From: Clostridia bacterium
GTDB taxonomy: Bacteria; Bacillota; Clostridia; TANB77; CAG-465
NCBI GenBank assembly: GCA_017536445.1
Contig: JAFXHJ010000001.1
Coordinates: 34,300-66,299 of the forward strand
DNA: 32,000 nucleotides
Direction of reading: 5' to 3'
In this document: one piece after another, positions 17,429 to 25,576 of the stretch
How positions within the stretch are numbered: position 1 is the stretch's first letter
How the letters are laid out: the number at the start of each line of letters is the position of its first letter
Program-made: the position numbers and the translations under genes
The notes under the pieces: generated by a model
The model's input: only the letters and a program-made list of their open reading frames with translations
The model's database searches: none
What the model was told of the DNA's origin: nothing

Positions 17429-17821
17429 ATGGCACCAGCAAAGAAAAAAGTAACTAAAAGAAAAGTAAAGAAAAACGTAGCAAGTGGTGTTGCACACATT
17501 CATTCATCATTTAACAATACAATAGTTAGTATGACTGATGAACAAGGTAACTTATTATCTTGGTCAAGTGCAGGTTCTCTTGGATTTAAAGGTTCAAGAA
17601 AGAATACTCCATTCGCAGCTAGTGAAGCAGCAACAGTTGCAGCAACTGCAGCTAAAGAACACGGTTTAAGAACTGTACAAGTAAATATAAAGGGGCCTGG
17701 AGCTGGACGTGAAGCAGCAATTCGTGCACTTCAAACAGCAGGTTTGGAAATCGATACAATTAGAGACGTAACTCCAATACCACACAATGGATGCAGACCA
17801 CCTAAGAGAAGAAGAGTTTAG
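17429..17821 (+). CDS. rpsK: 30S ribosomal protein S11
   Basis: 130 aa: [20 protein letters not shown]...[19 protein letters not shown]. Confidence 0.97.
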   Translation: MAPAKKKVTKRKVKKNVASGVAHIHSSFNNTIVSMTDEQGNLLSWSSAGSLGFKGSRKNTPFAASEAATVAATAAKEHGLRTVQVNIKGPGAGREAAIRALQTAGLEIDTIRDVTPIPHNGCRPPKRRRV

Positions 17822-17836
17822 TGGGGGTGAAGACTA

Positions 17837-18466
17837 ATGGCAAGATATACAGGAGCAAGTTGTAAAAAGTGCAGACGCGAAGGACAAAAATTGTTCTTAA
17901 AAGGTGAAAGATGTAACACAGGTAAATGTGCTATAGAAAGAAGAGCATATGCACCAGGACAACACGGAAAAAACAAAGCTAAATTATCTGAATATGGTTT
18001 ACAACTTCGTGCAAAACAAAAAACTAAAGTTTATTACGGAGTTTCTGAAGCTCAATTCGTTAAATACTACGAAGAAGCATTTAGAAGAGAAGGAGTTACT
18101 TCTGACATCCTATTTGGATTATTAGAAACAAGATTAGATAATGTATGCTACAGATTAGGATTAGGTTCTTCAAGAAGAGAAAGCCGTCAATTAGTAGGAT
18201 ATGAAATGGTTACAGTAAATGGTAAAAAAGTAAATATACCTTCATACCAATTAAGAGTTGGTGATGTTGTAGCTATAAGAGATGAAAAGAAAGATAACAC
18301 AACAGTTAAAGCAATGATCGAAAATATCAAAGCTAAAAACGTACCAGCTTGGTTAGAAGTAGATAAAGAAAAATTAACTGCTAAAGTTATAAGAATACCA
18401 GCTAGAGCAGATGTAGATCTAGAAGTAGCTGAAAACTTAATTATTGAGTTATACTCTAAGAACTAG
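17837..18466 (+). CDS. rpsD: 30S ribosomal protein S4
   Basis: 209 aa: MARYTGASCKKCRREGQKLFLKGERC...EYGLQLRAKQK. Confidence 0.97.
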   Translation: MARYTGASCKKCRREGQKLFLKGERCNTGKCAIERRAYAPGQHGKNKAKLSEYGLQLRAKQKTKVYYGVSEAQFVKYYEEAFRREGVTSDILFGLLETRLDNVCYRLGLGSSRRESRQLVGYEMVTVNGKKVNIPSYQLRVGDVVAIRDEKKDNTTVKAMIENIKAKNVPAWLEVDKEKLTAKVIRIPARADVDLEVAENLIIELYSKN

Positions 18467-18543
18467 TAAATAATACTCGGTAAAAATTAACTAACAAATT
18501 TATGTGTACGTGTAATCAGAGCGTACAGATAGGAGGAATTATT

Positions 18544-19494
18544 ATGTTAGAAATGAAAAGACCAGAAATTGAATGTGTTGAAGTAGATGTAGACACATAT
18601 TATGCAAAGTTTACAGTAGAACCACTAGAAAGAGGATTTGGAATCACTCTAGGAAACTCACTAAGAAGAATATTACTTTCTTCTTTACCAGGATATGCAA
18701 TCAATACTTTAAAAATAGATAAAGTATCACATGAGTTTTCAACAATACCAGGTGTATCTGAAGATGTTACAAACATTATTCTTAACTTAAAAGAAGTATG
18801 TTTAAAATCTCATGATACAGATGTTAAATCATTAAAAATCTCTAAAGTAGGTCCTTGTGAAGTTACTGCAGCAGATATAATAACTGATGGAACAATAGAA
18901 GTTGTAAACCCAGATTTACACATTGCTTACCTTGATGAAGGTGGAGTACTAGAAGCTGAAATGACAGCTACAAAAGGTAGAGGATATATACCAGGAGATA
19001 AAAATAGAGATGAAGCAGGTGGAGCAATAAATACACTACCAATTGACTCTATATTTACTCCAGTAAGAAAAGCTAACTTTATTGTTGAAAAAACAAGAGT
19101 TGGACAAGAAATAGACTATGACAAGTTAACACTTGAAATATGGACTAACGGAGTTATTGAACCATATGAAGCTTTATCTATGGCAGCTAGAATATTAAAT
19201 GAACATTTAGAAATGTTCATAGACTTATCAGATATAGCTAAGAATATGTCAATAATGTCACAAAAACAACTATCTGAAAAAGATAGAACATTAGAAACTC
19301 CAATCGAAGAATTAGAGTTTTCTGTAAGATCATATAACTGCTTAAAGAGAGCAGGAATTCACACTGTTGCAGATATCGTATCTAGAACAGAACATGATAT
19401 GATGAAGGTAAGAAACCTTGGTAAGAAATCATTAGATGAAGTAATTGCAAAAGTTGCTTCTCTTGGATTATCTTTCAAGAAACCTGAAGAATAA
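18544..19494 (+). CDS. rpoA: DNA-directed RNA polymerase alpha subunit
   Basis: ATG 18544 follows AGGAGG (track start 18502 is unlikely). Motifs: GFGITLGNSLRRILLSSLPG, and a C-terminal domain LEFSVRSYNCLKRAGIHTVADI...NLGKKSLDEV. Confidence 0.96.
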   Translation: MLEMKRPEIECVEVDVDTYYAKFTVEPLERGFGITLGNSLRRILLSSLPGYAINTLKIDKVSHEFSTIPGVSEDVTNIILNLKEVCLKSHDTDVKSLKISKVGPCEVTAADIITDGTIEVVNPDLHIAYLDEGGVLEAEMTATKGRGYIPGDKNRDEAGGAINTLPIDSIFTPVRKANFIVEKTRVGQEIDYDKLTLEIWTNGVIEPYEALSMAARILNEHLEMFIDLSDIAKNMSIMSQKQLSEKDRTLETPIEELEFSVRSYNCLKRAGIHTVADIVSRTEHDMMKVRNLGKKSLDEVIAKVASLGLSFKKPEE

Positions 19495-19513
19495 TAAGTA
19501 GGAGGAATTTAAA

Positions 19514-20038
19514 ATGCCAGGAACAAATAGACTATCAAGAACAAAAGGAGCTAGGGACGCACTATTAAAAGGGCTAGTTACACAACTTATCCAAAATGGT
19601 AAAGTTGAGACTACTCTTGCTAAAGCTAAGGAAGTTAAACCATTAGCAGATAGCATAATTAGTCTTGCAATTAAAGAAGCAGCAAATTTCGAAAACAAAG
19701 AAAAAACTGTTTCAAGAGCTAAATTAGATAAGAACGGAAAAAAAGTAAAAATTGAAAAGACTTCAAAAAATGGAAAGAAATATGAAGTAGTAGAAAGAGA
19801 AATAGTTAAAGAAACAGTTAAAGTTGATAAACCTTCTAAATTAGCAGCTAGAAGAAAAATGTTTAAGCTTGTAAACAAAATTCAAGATAGCAAAGGTAAT
19901 ACAATCGACTTAACAGATAAATTATTTGACGAAATAGCACCTAAATATGAAGCAGGTAAAGGCGGGTACACTAGAATAACTAAACTTGTTGCAAGAAAAG
20001 GCGACGCTGCTGAAATGGCTATAATTGAACTTATATAA
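19514..20038 (+). CDS. rplQ: 50S ribosomal protein L17 with ~50-aa internal Lys-rich insertion
   Basis: L17 ends are conserved ([21 protein letters not shown]...ETT.AKAKE; [25 protein letters not shown]). It is 174 aa, against ~113-125 aa in the Bacillus and Clostridium L17s as I recall them. Confidence 0.92.
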   Translation: MPGTNRLSRTKGARDALLKGLVTQLIQNGKVETTLAKAKEVKPLADSIISLAIKEAANFENKEKTVSRAKLDKNGKKVKIEKTSKNGKKYEVVEREIVKETVKVDKPSKLAARRKMFKLVNKIQDSKGNTIDLTDKLFDEIAPKYEAGKGGYTRITKLVARKGDAAEMAIIELI

Positions 20039-20043
20039 AAATT

Positions 20044-20075
20044 AACACCTAATCAATAAAGATTAGGTGTTTTTA
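20044..20075 (+). terminator. rho-independent terminator of the alpha operon
   Basis: AACACCTAATC / GATTAGGTGTT stem, loop AATAAA, then TTTT. Confidence 0.8.
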
Positions 20076-20104
20076 TTGACTTTGTTAACATAAAATGTTA
20101 CAAT
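20076..20104 (+). promoter_or_regulatory. strong sigma-A-type promoter with extended -10, firing into a region with no convincing gene
   Basis: TTGACT (20076-20081), 17 nt spacer, TGT-TACAAT (20096-20104). Confidence 0.55.
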
Positions 20105-20347
20105 ATTATTGTATAAGAAAATCCTAAAACACCTTATTAAGTGGAATGGATGAGTAATAGAATAAATTCTATTTAATGGTTTGACGGATAATATTATTGA
20201 TAATATGTATAGTATATGTGTTTTAATACATATAGTATATGTATTTTTAAATAGCGCATTACCTAGAATAAGGGAATGTTTGACTTGTTTATACGCAAGA
20301 AAAGCTATTTATATATACATATATGCATATAATTCAAGTGATACTTT

Positions 20348-20436
20348 GACGCCATTACTTCTGACGGGTTAGTAGTAAAACATCAGACGCTATTATATCT
20401 GAAGGGTTGGTAGAAAAACATCAGACACTATTACAG
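20348..20436 (+). repeat. about 2.3 tandem copies of a 38-nt unit
   Basis: 20361-20398 (CTGACGGGTTAGTAGTAAAACATCAGACGCTATTATAT) versus 20399-20436 (CTGAAGGGTTGGTAGAAAAACATCAGACACTATTACAG) gives 32/38 identical by hand alignment. A partial copy GACGCCATTACTT lies at 20348-20360. Confidence 0.8.
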
Positions 20437-20685
20437 GTGTGATGTAAGGTAAGATTAGCCTAAAGATGCGTTATGGTATCATACTATTTTGTACAGATTT
20501 TGTTTGAACAAAATCTGGCACCGTATTGTGATAGTCAAGCTATCACGATTGGAGAGATAGGCGTTTCAGAGGCTCGCCTATACATTTTCTTAGTAATAGA
20601 ATACGTACAAACCAACGCAAGCTAATTATTAAACAAACAACACACTTATATATTTAATGCTAACACAAATTAGCTTATATATAAA

Positions 20686-20720
20686 AACCGCCAAGGAACT
20701 CCATGACGGTTATTTTTTTA
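20686..20720. terminator. bidirectional terminator (end of candidate ncRNA / end of tmcAL)
   Basis: AACCGCCAAGG / CCATGACGGTT stem (9 of 11 paired), loop AACT. T7 follows on the plus strand and an A-run precedes it, which reads as a T-run on the minus strand. Confidence 0.6.
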
Positions 20721-20744
20721 TTTAAATTTTGTAATATATTTTAG

Positions 20745-21926
20745 TTATTTTACAACAATAGAATTCGTAAAATCTTCATTCATATTATGAGAGATATTGT
20801 TAGCTAGTATATCTAGATATATACTTTCTTTTTCTTCATTACTTAATGTATCTAGTATTTCATCAGTAACTTTAGGGATGTATGTTGTATTACCGCTAGA
20901 TATTAAAGAAAGAAGATTAGAAGAATCTGTTTTTACTTTTAATACTCTAGCATAATTTACATTGCAAAGTCTAGTATATTTTTCTTTAGTAATGCCTAGT
21001 AATATATATATGCATATTCTTTTAATTCTACTTAATGTATATCTCTTGCTTTTTACATTGTGTATAAATTCATCGTAACTAGAAGAGTTTAATAGTTCGT
21101 CGTATAGTTTGTTTTCTAAACCTTCAGAAACATCTTGTATGTTTTTTAATCCTTCTTTACCTAATTTAAGAATACTAAATTTCAATAATTCCCAAATGTT
21201 TTTGTTTAATTTGTAACCGTTCTTTTCTAATGCTGAATAAGTATTTTGAGGTACGGAAGAAGATATTTCTTCTAATGTATTATCTAGTGCTTCGCGTATA
21301 GCTGTAGAACTTGCTAAAACGCAATTTTCTTCTATTTTATTATCTCTATGATTAGTTTTTAGTCTGTGAACCAAAACAGGCTTAATTTGGCTGTGAGATT
21401 CAATTAAAGCTTTAAGATATTCTACTCCTAAAAGGTTGTTAGGCTCTTCTAAAATGTTCTTTAGATCAAAAGCCACAAAATCCATTGTAGCAAGGTATTC
21501 TGCATTAGCTGCAGTTATACCATCTTTTAGATATTGTTTTTTCTTTTCTAAAATTTCACTTTCATAAGATATTTTAGCTTCTGCAATTTTTTTTAGGTTA
21601 TTTATATCTTCTGTTTCTGCCCCAAAGGCTAAATGAGTAACACAACCGAGACTATTTAATATATTTACAGCACCTTTTGCAAAGTTTTCTGCACTAGATG
21701 TGGCATATACTGTTGGAAGTTCTAGTACAAGATCAGCACCACATTCTACAGCAATTTTTGCACGTGTAAATTTATCTAGTGTTGCAATATTACCTTGCTC
21801 GGTAAAGCTGCCAGACATTATTACTATGCTGTAATCTGCATTTGTTAATTCACGGGCTTTTTTAATATGGTAAATATGTCCGTTATGCATAGGATTGTAT
21901 TCTGCTATTATACCTACAATGTTCAT
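20745..21926 (-). CDS. tmcAL: tRNA(Met) cytidine acetate ligase (YlbM/UPF0348 nucleotidyltransferase)
   Basis: 393 aa. The N-terminus MNIVGIIAEYNPMHNGHIYHIKKARE is typical of the YlbM/TmcAL family (EYNPFHNGH motif). Confidence 0.8.
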   Translation of the reverse strand: MNIVGIIAEYNPMHNGHIYHIKKARELTNADYSIVIMSGSFTEQGNIATLDKFTRAKIAVECGADLVLELPTVYATSSAENFAKGAVNILNSLGCVTHLAFGAETEDINNLKKIAEAKISYESEILEKKKQYLKDGITAANAEYLATMDFVAFDLKNILEEPNNLLGVEYLKALIESHSQIKPVLVHRLKTNHRDNKIEENCVLASSTAIREALDNTLEEISSSVPQNTYSALEKNGYKLNKNIWELLKFSILKLGKEGLKNIQDVSEGLENKLYDELLNSSSYDEFIHNVKSKRYTLSRIKRICIYILLGITKEKYTRLCNVNYARVLKVKTDSSNLLSLISSGNTTYIPKVTDEILDTLSNEEKESIYLDILANNISHNMNEDFTNSIVVK

Positions 21927-21943
21927 TTCTTCATCTCCTTTTG

Positions 21944-21972
21944 TTGCAAGTTAAATTTATATGATATATAAT
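21944..21972 (+). promoter_or_regulatory. sigma-A-type promoter for the rnhA-GNAT gene
   Basis: TTGCAA (21944-21949), 17 nt spacer, TATAAT (21967-21972). Confidence 0.45.
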
Positions 21973-22010
21973 ACCACAAAAGAATTAAAGTTACAATAAA
22001 GGAGAAGCTT

Positions 22011-23063
22011 ATGATGAAGGTAACAATATATACAGATGGAGCATGTAGCGGAAATCCAGGACCTGGTGGATATGCGGCTATAATTATGTGTGGAGATAAT
22101 AAAAAAGAAATATTTGGTGCAGAAAGAAATACAACAAATAACAGAATGGAACTAAGAGCAGCTATTGAAGGGCTTAAAGTTTTAACAAAACCATGTGAGG
22201 TTACATTATACTCAGATAGTGCATATCTGGTAAATGCGTATTTGAATAAATGGGTTGAAGGCTGGAAGAAAAATGGATGGAAGAATGCAAGTAAAGAACC
22301 TGTTAAAAATGTGGATCTGTGGGAAGAAATTGAAAGACTAAAAGAGATTCATGTGGTTAACTTTGTAAAAGTTAAAGGTCATGCAGATAATGAATACAAT
22401 AATAGATGTGATGAGCTTGCAGTGGCGGCTATAAAGAATATAGATGAGCTTGAAAGCGTGGAAGAAAAGGTAGAAGAGATTGCGGAAAGAGAAGATCTTG
22501 TATATAAAGCATTTAAGGATTTACCAGAGCTTGAAACAGAAAGATTAAAACTTAGATTATTTAAGGATACAGATGTAGATGCATTATATGAAGCGTGTAG
22601 CGATGAAAAGGTTACTAGATTTCTTTCTTTTGATACATATACATCTATGGATGATGCATATAACAGAATTGAGTTTTTAAAAGAAGAATATGAAAAACTT
22701 ATAGAACCACCTGTTTGGGCAATAACATTAAAAGGAGAGAATAAAGCAATAGGAAGTATAAATTACCTTCATGTAAAAGAAAAACATAGCGTAGCAGAGA
22801 TAGGATACTGGTTAGCTAGCAAATATTGGAATAAAGGTATAATGACAGAAGCGGTTAAAGGGGTACTAAAGTTCGGTTTTGAAAATATGGGACTAAACAA
22901 GGTTATTATTCAGTGTGATGCAAGAAATACGGGCTCATATAGAGTAATGGAAAAATGTGGCCTTGTATATGAGGGGACATTAAGACAAGAAAGATTTTCT
23001 AAGGGAGAATTTGTAGATATAAAAACATATTCTATGCTTAAAGAAGAGTATTCTAGTAAATAA
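22011..23063 (+). CDS. rnhA: RNase HI fused to a RimJ/RimL-type GNAT N-acetyltransferase
   Basis: Residues 1-~145 are RNase HI-like (IYTDGACSGNPGPGGYAAI..NNRMELRAAIEGL..LYSDSAY..VKGHADNEYNNRCDELA). Residues ~175-350 are GNAT-like (LETERLKLRLF.., AEIGYWLASKYWNKGIMTEAV.., CDARNTGSYRVMEKCG). Confidence 0.85.
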   Translation: MMKVTIYTDGACSGNPGPGGYAAIIMCGDNKKEIFGAERNTTNNRMELRAAIEGLKVLTKPCEVTLYSDSAYLVNAYLNKWVEGWKKNGWKNASKEPVKNVDLWEEIERLKEIHVVNFVKVKGHADNEYNNRCDELAVAAIKNIDELESVEEKVEEIAEREDLVYKAFKDLPELETERLKLRLFKDTDVDALYEACSDEKVTRFLSFDTYTSMDDAYNRIEFLKEEYEKLIEPPVWAITLKGENKAIGSINYLHVKEKHSVAEIGYWLASKYWNKGIMTEAVKGVLKFGFENMGLNKVIIQCDARNTGSYRVMEKCGLVYEGTLRQERFSKGEFVDIKTYSMLKEEYSSK

Positions 23064-23088
23064 CAAGTAATATACTAGGAATAAACAT

Positions 23089-23128
23089 AAACCACTTAGA
23101 ACATACATAGTATGTTTTAGGTGGTTTT
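23089..23128 (+). promoter_or_regulatory. long hairpin (terminator-like) that sequesters the spoIIM Shine-Dalgarno
   Basis: 18-bp stem 23089-23106 / 23110-23127 (three G-U pairs), loop ATA. The 3' arm contains AGGTGG, 4 nt before GTG 23129. The only T-run is the TTTT partly within the stem. Confidence 0.45.
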
Positions 23129-23740
23129 GTGCTTAAGAAATTAGTTAGAGAATACATATTAAAAAACAAGTATGATTTATTTGTTATATTAATAATGCTT
23201 TTAATAGGAATTATTGTAGGAATAGGAGTATATGCTTTTTCTGATTCTAGCATTAAAGAGGCATTAATAACAGAAGCAACAGAAGTATTTAAGATTAGTA
23301 CTGGTAAAGAATACTTAGAAACTAATGTTGTATTTAATGGGATAAAAACAAATCTTATATTGATATTAATATTTGCTATGGCTAGTGTTACGTTGTTTGG
23401 TAGATATGTAATAGAAATGTTAGCTGTAATAAAAGGGGCAATGATTAGTATATATGCAGTTATTTTATTTAATGTGTTTGGCTTAGGGGGTGGAATGCTA
23501 GTAGTATTTTTACTAGTTGTATTAGTTAATGTTATTTACATACCTGCGTATATATTTTTATCTGTTATGTTTATGGAAGTACATTTTAATATATTTAAGA
23601 AAAGAGCTGGTATGACAGGTTTAGAATTTCTTGGGTATATAGCTAAAAGTGCGGGCTCTTTTATAATAATATTTTCTAGTATAATTGCAGAACAAATGGC
23701 AAGTTTAGTAGCGTTAAAACTCTTTTTAAATATGAAATAA
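23129..23740 (+). CDS. spoIIM: stage II sporulation protein M family membrane protein
   Basis: 203 aa with ~5 TM segments. The architecture and the ..N.IYIPAY.. segment resemble SpoIIM (LPQN..LIPAY). It lies upstream of xerD, as in the B. subtilis spoIIM-fur-xerD neighbourhood. Confidence 0.6.
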   Translation: MLKKLVREYILKNKYDLFVILIMLLIGIIVGIGVYAFSDSSIKEALITEATEVFKISTGKEYLETNVVFNGIKTNLILILIFAMASVTLFGRYVIEMLAVIKGAMISIYAVILFNVFGLGGGMLVVFLLVVLVNVIYIPAYIFLSVMFMEVHFNIFKKRAGMTGLEFLGYIAKSAGSFIIIFSSIIAEQMASLVALKLFLNMK

Positions 23741-23870
23741 TACCTAAAAAAAAGAAAATACAAAATCGGTTACATAAAAATCAAAAAACACTTGCAAATC
23801 CCGAAAAAGTGGTGTAAAATAGTAGCAGTTATTAAAAAATTATGTAATATACAGCATATGGGGGTAAGAA

Positions 23871-24749
23871 ATGGAACTTATAATTCAAGACTTTATTGAG
23901 TACTTAGAAAGCAGACAAGTGTCTAAAAACACATTACTATCTTACAAAAGAGATATCAACCAACTATTAGAATATCTAGATGAAGTTGGTAAGAAGATGT
24001 TCGAAGCAACAGAAGAAGACCTAGTAGCCTATATTGCTTACATGCAAACATTAGGTAAATCTAATGCAACAATATCTAGAAGTATTGCTTCTATGAAAGC
24101 ATTCTATAGATATCTTTTAAAATTAAAACTTGTTGAAGAAAATATAGCAGACAAGCTATCTTCACCAAAAGTAGAAAAGAAAGAGCTTTCAATACTATCT
24201 GTAACAGAAATAGAAAGTCTACTTGACCAACCTAATCTTTCTGACCTTAAAGGCCAAAGAGATAAGGCTATGTTGGAGACCCTTTACGCAACTGGTATCA
24301 GAGTTACAGAATTAATATCTTTGAATTTAAGTGAATTAAACCTTAACGCTGGACATATAAAAGTTAAAAAGAAAAATAAAGAAAGAATTATTCCATTAGG
24401 AAATACAACTCTTAGATATTTAAGAGAATATGTGGAAAATGTAAGACCTTTATTAATTAAAACAGAGGACGAGCCATCTTTATTTATAAATGCTAATGGT
24501 CAAAAAATGACTAGACAAGGATTCTGGAAAATATTAAAACAATATAAAGAACAAGCTAAAATAGATAAAGAATTAACACCACACACAATCAGACATTCAT
24601 TTGCAGTACATATGTTGCAAAATGGTGCTGAAATAAAAACAGTACAAGAATTATTAGGCCACACAGATGTAGCATCTACTTTAATGTACACACATGTTGC
24701 AGATATGAGACTAAGAGATGAGTACTTAAAAGCACATCCAAGAGGATAA
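23871..24749 (+). CDS. xerD: site-specific tyrosine recombinase XerD/XerC
   Basis: 292 aa with an N-terminal SAM-like domain (SKNTLLSYKRDINQLLEYL) and catalytic-domain motifs RDKAMLETLYATGIRVTEL, HTIRHSFAVHMLQNGAEIKTVQELLGH, LMYTHV. Confidence 0.88.
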   Translation: MELIIQDFIEYLESRQVSKNTLLSYKRDINQLLEYLDEVGKKMFEATEEDLVAYIAYMQTLGKSNATISRSIASMKAFYRYLLKLKLVEENIADKLSSPKVEKKELSILSVTEIESLLDQPNLSDLKGQRDKAMLETLYATGIRVTELISLNLSELNLNAGHIKVKKKNKERIIPLGNTTLRYLREYVENVRPLLIKTEDEPSLFINANGQKMTRQGFWKILKQYKEQAKIDKELTPHTIRHSFAVHMLQNGAEIKTVQELLGHTDVASTLMYTHVADMRLRDEYLKAHPRG

Positions 24750-24753
24750 ACAT

Positions 24754-24781
24754 TAAGCGGATACATAAGTATTCGCTTTTT
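24754..24781 (+). terminator. rho-independent terminator after xerD
   Basis: AAGCGGATAC / GTATTCGCTT stem (one G-U pair), loop ATAA, then TTT. Confidence 0.6.
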
Positions 24782-24818
24782 ATATATATAAATGGTATAA
24801 TACACATTGGGAGAGATT

Positions 24819-25553
24819 ATGAGAAACATTAAATTAACAATAGAATACGATGGAACCAACTTTAGTGGTTGGCAAATACAAAAAGATAAAAGAACAATTG
24901 AAGAAGAACTAGAAACGGCTTTAGCCAAAATATTAAAAGAAGAAGTTAAAGTAATTGGGTCTGGTAGAACTGATGCTGGAGTTCATGCAATGGGACAAGT
25001 TGCAAATTTCAAAACAGATAAAACAATAAAACCAGAAGAACTTCTTTATGCATTAAATACAATGCTACCATATGATATAGTAATACTTAATGTGGAAGAT
25101 GTGGATGAAAGCTTTAATGCAAGAATATCTGCTAAAGCAAAACATTATAGATATGTGATAAACAATGCTAAATTTCCATCAGCACTAAATGCAAATAGAG
25201 AATATCATTATAAATATTTCTTAGATACAGAAGCTATGCAACTTGCTGCAAATGATCTTAAAGGTAAACATGATTTTAAAGCGTTTATGGCGGCAGGAAG
25301 TACAGTTAAAGATACTGAAAGAGAAATTTATGATATACAGGTTGCAAGACTTGGAAATAGAGTTATAATAGATGTAGTAGGTAATGGTTTTTTATACAAT
25401 ATGGTAAGAATAATTGCGGGAACTTTAATAGATGTAGGTTCTGGAAAATTAGACATATGTGTAATAAAGAATATGATTGAAACAGGAGATAGAAACCTAG
25501 GTGGAAGAACAGTAGCTCCAGAAGGTTTATTCTTAGTAAACGTAACATATTAA
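24819..25553 (+). CDS. truA: tRNA pseudouridine(38-40) synthase
   Basis: ATG 24819 follows GGGAGAG. Motifs: MRNIKLTIEYDGTNFSGWQIQ, GSGRTDAGVHAMGQVANF, FLYNMVRIIAGTL. Confidence 0.93.
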   Translation: MRNIKLTIEYDGTNFSGWQIQKDKRTIEEELETALAKILKEEVKVIGSGRTDAGVHAMGQVANFKTDKTIKPEELLYALNTMLPYDIVILNVEDVDESFNARISAKAKHYRYVINNAKFPSALNANREYHYKYFLDTEAMQLAANDLKGKHDFKAFMAAGSTVKDTEREIYDIQVARLGNRVIIDVVGNGFLYNMVRIIAGTLIDVGSGKLDICVIKNMIETGDRNLGGRTVAPEGLFLVNVTY

Positions 25554-25576
25554 AGAAAAGAGATAAAGAGGGAATA

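Larger units (their letters stand above)
20110..20720 (+). ncRNA. candidate large structured non-coding RNA (family not identified)
   Basis: ~600 nt between a consensus promoter and a terminator with no convincing ORF. Several perfect or near-perfect hairpins: CAGATTTTGTT/AACAAAATCTG at 20494-20517, ATTGTGATAG/CTATCACGAT at 20525-20549, ATAGGCG/CGCCTAT at 20558-20582. It also holds 38-nt tandem repeats. Confidence 0.35.

Noticed and set aside
1020-19878. Many 60-165-aa minus-strand ORFs inside the ribosomal operon (for example 1020-1289, 3481-3975, 3950-4333, 6747-7091, 19468-19878)
   Set aside because: All lie antisense to unmistakable r-protein genes and translate to hydrophobic, low-complexity sequence typical of the reverse frames of AT-rich, purine-skewed genes.
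20181-20372. 63-aa plus-strand ORF in the rplQ-tmcAL gap
   Set aside because: It has a TTG/ATG-poor context, no SD, extreme AT-rich repetitive sequence (Ile/Tyr/Leu-rich), and it runs into the tandem repeats. It is more consistent with non-coding DNA or RNA.
20348-20436. Possible CRISPR array
   Set aside because: The 38-nt units are directly adjacent with no spacers, there are only ~2.3 copies, the copies diverge from each other, and no cas genes are in the window.
20110-20720. Assignment of the structured region to tmRNA, RNase P, SRP, 6S or a T-box leader
   Set aside because: I found no GAGGAAAGTCC-type RNase P motif, no tRNA-like 3' end (T-loop GGTTCGA...CCA) or tag ORF for tmRNA, no SRP domain IV motif, and only a poor resemblance (CTGGCACCGTA) to the T-box sequence. 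There is also no downstream plus-strand gene to regulate. An Rfam scan is needed.
23871-24749. xerD as the integrase of a mobile element
   Set aside because: It has the full XerD-type motif set and lies next to spoIIM as in Bacillus. Composition is native low-GC, and no flanking repeats or cargo genes are seen.
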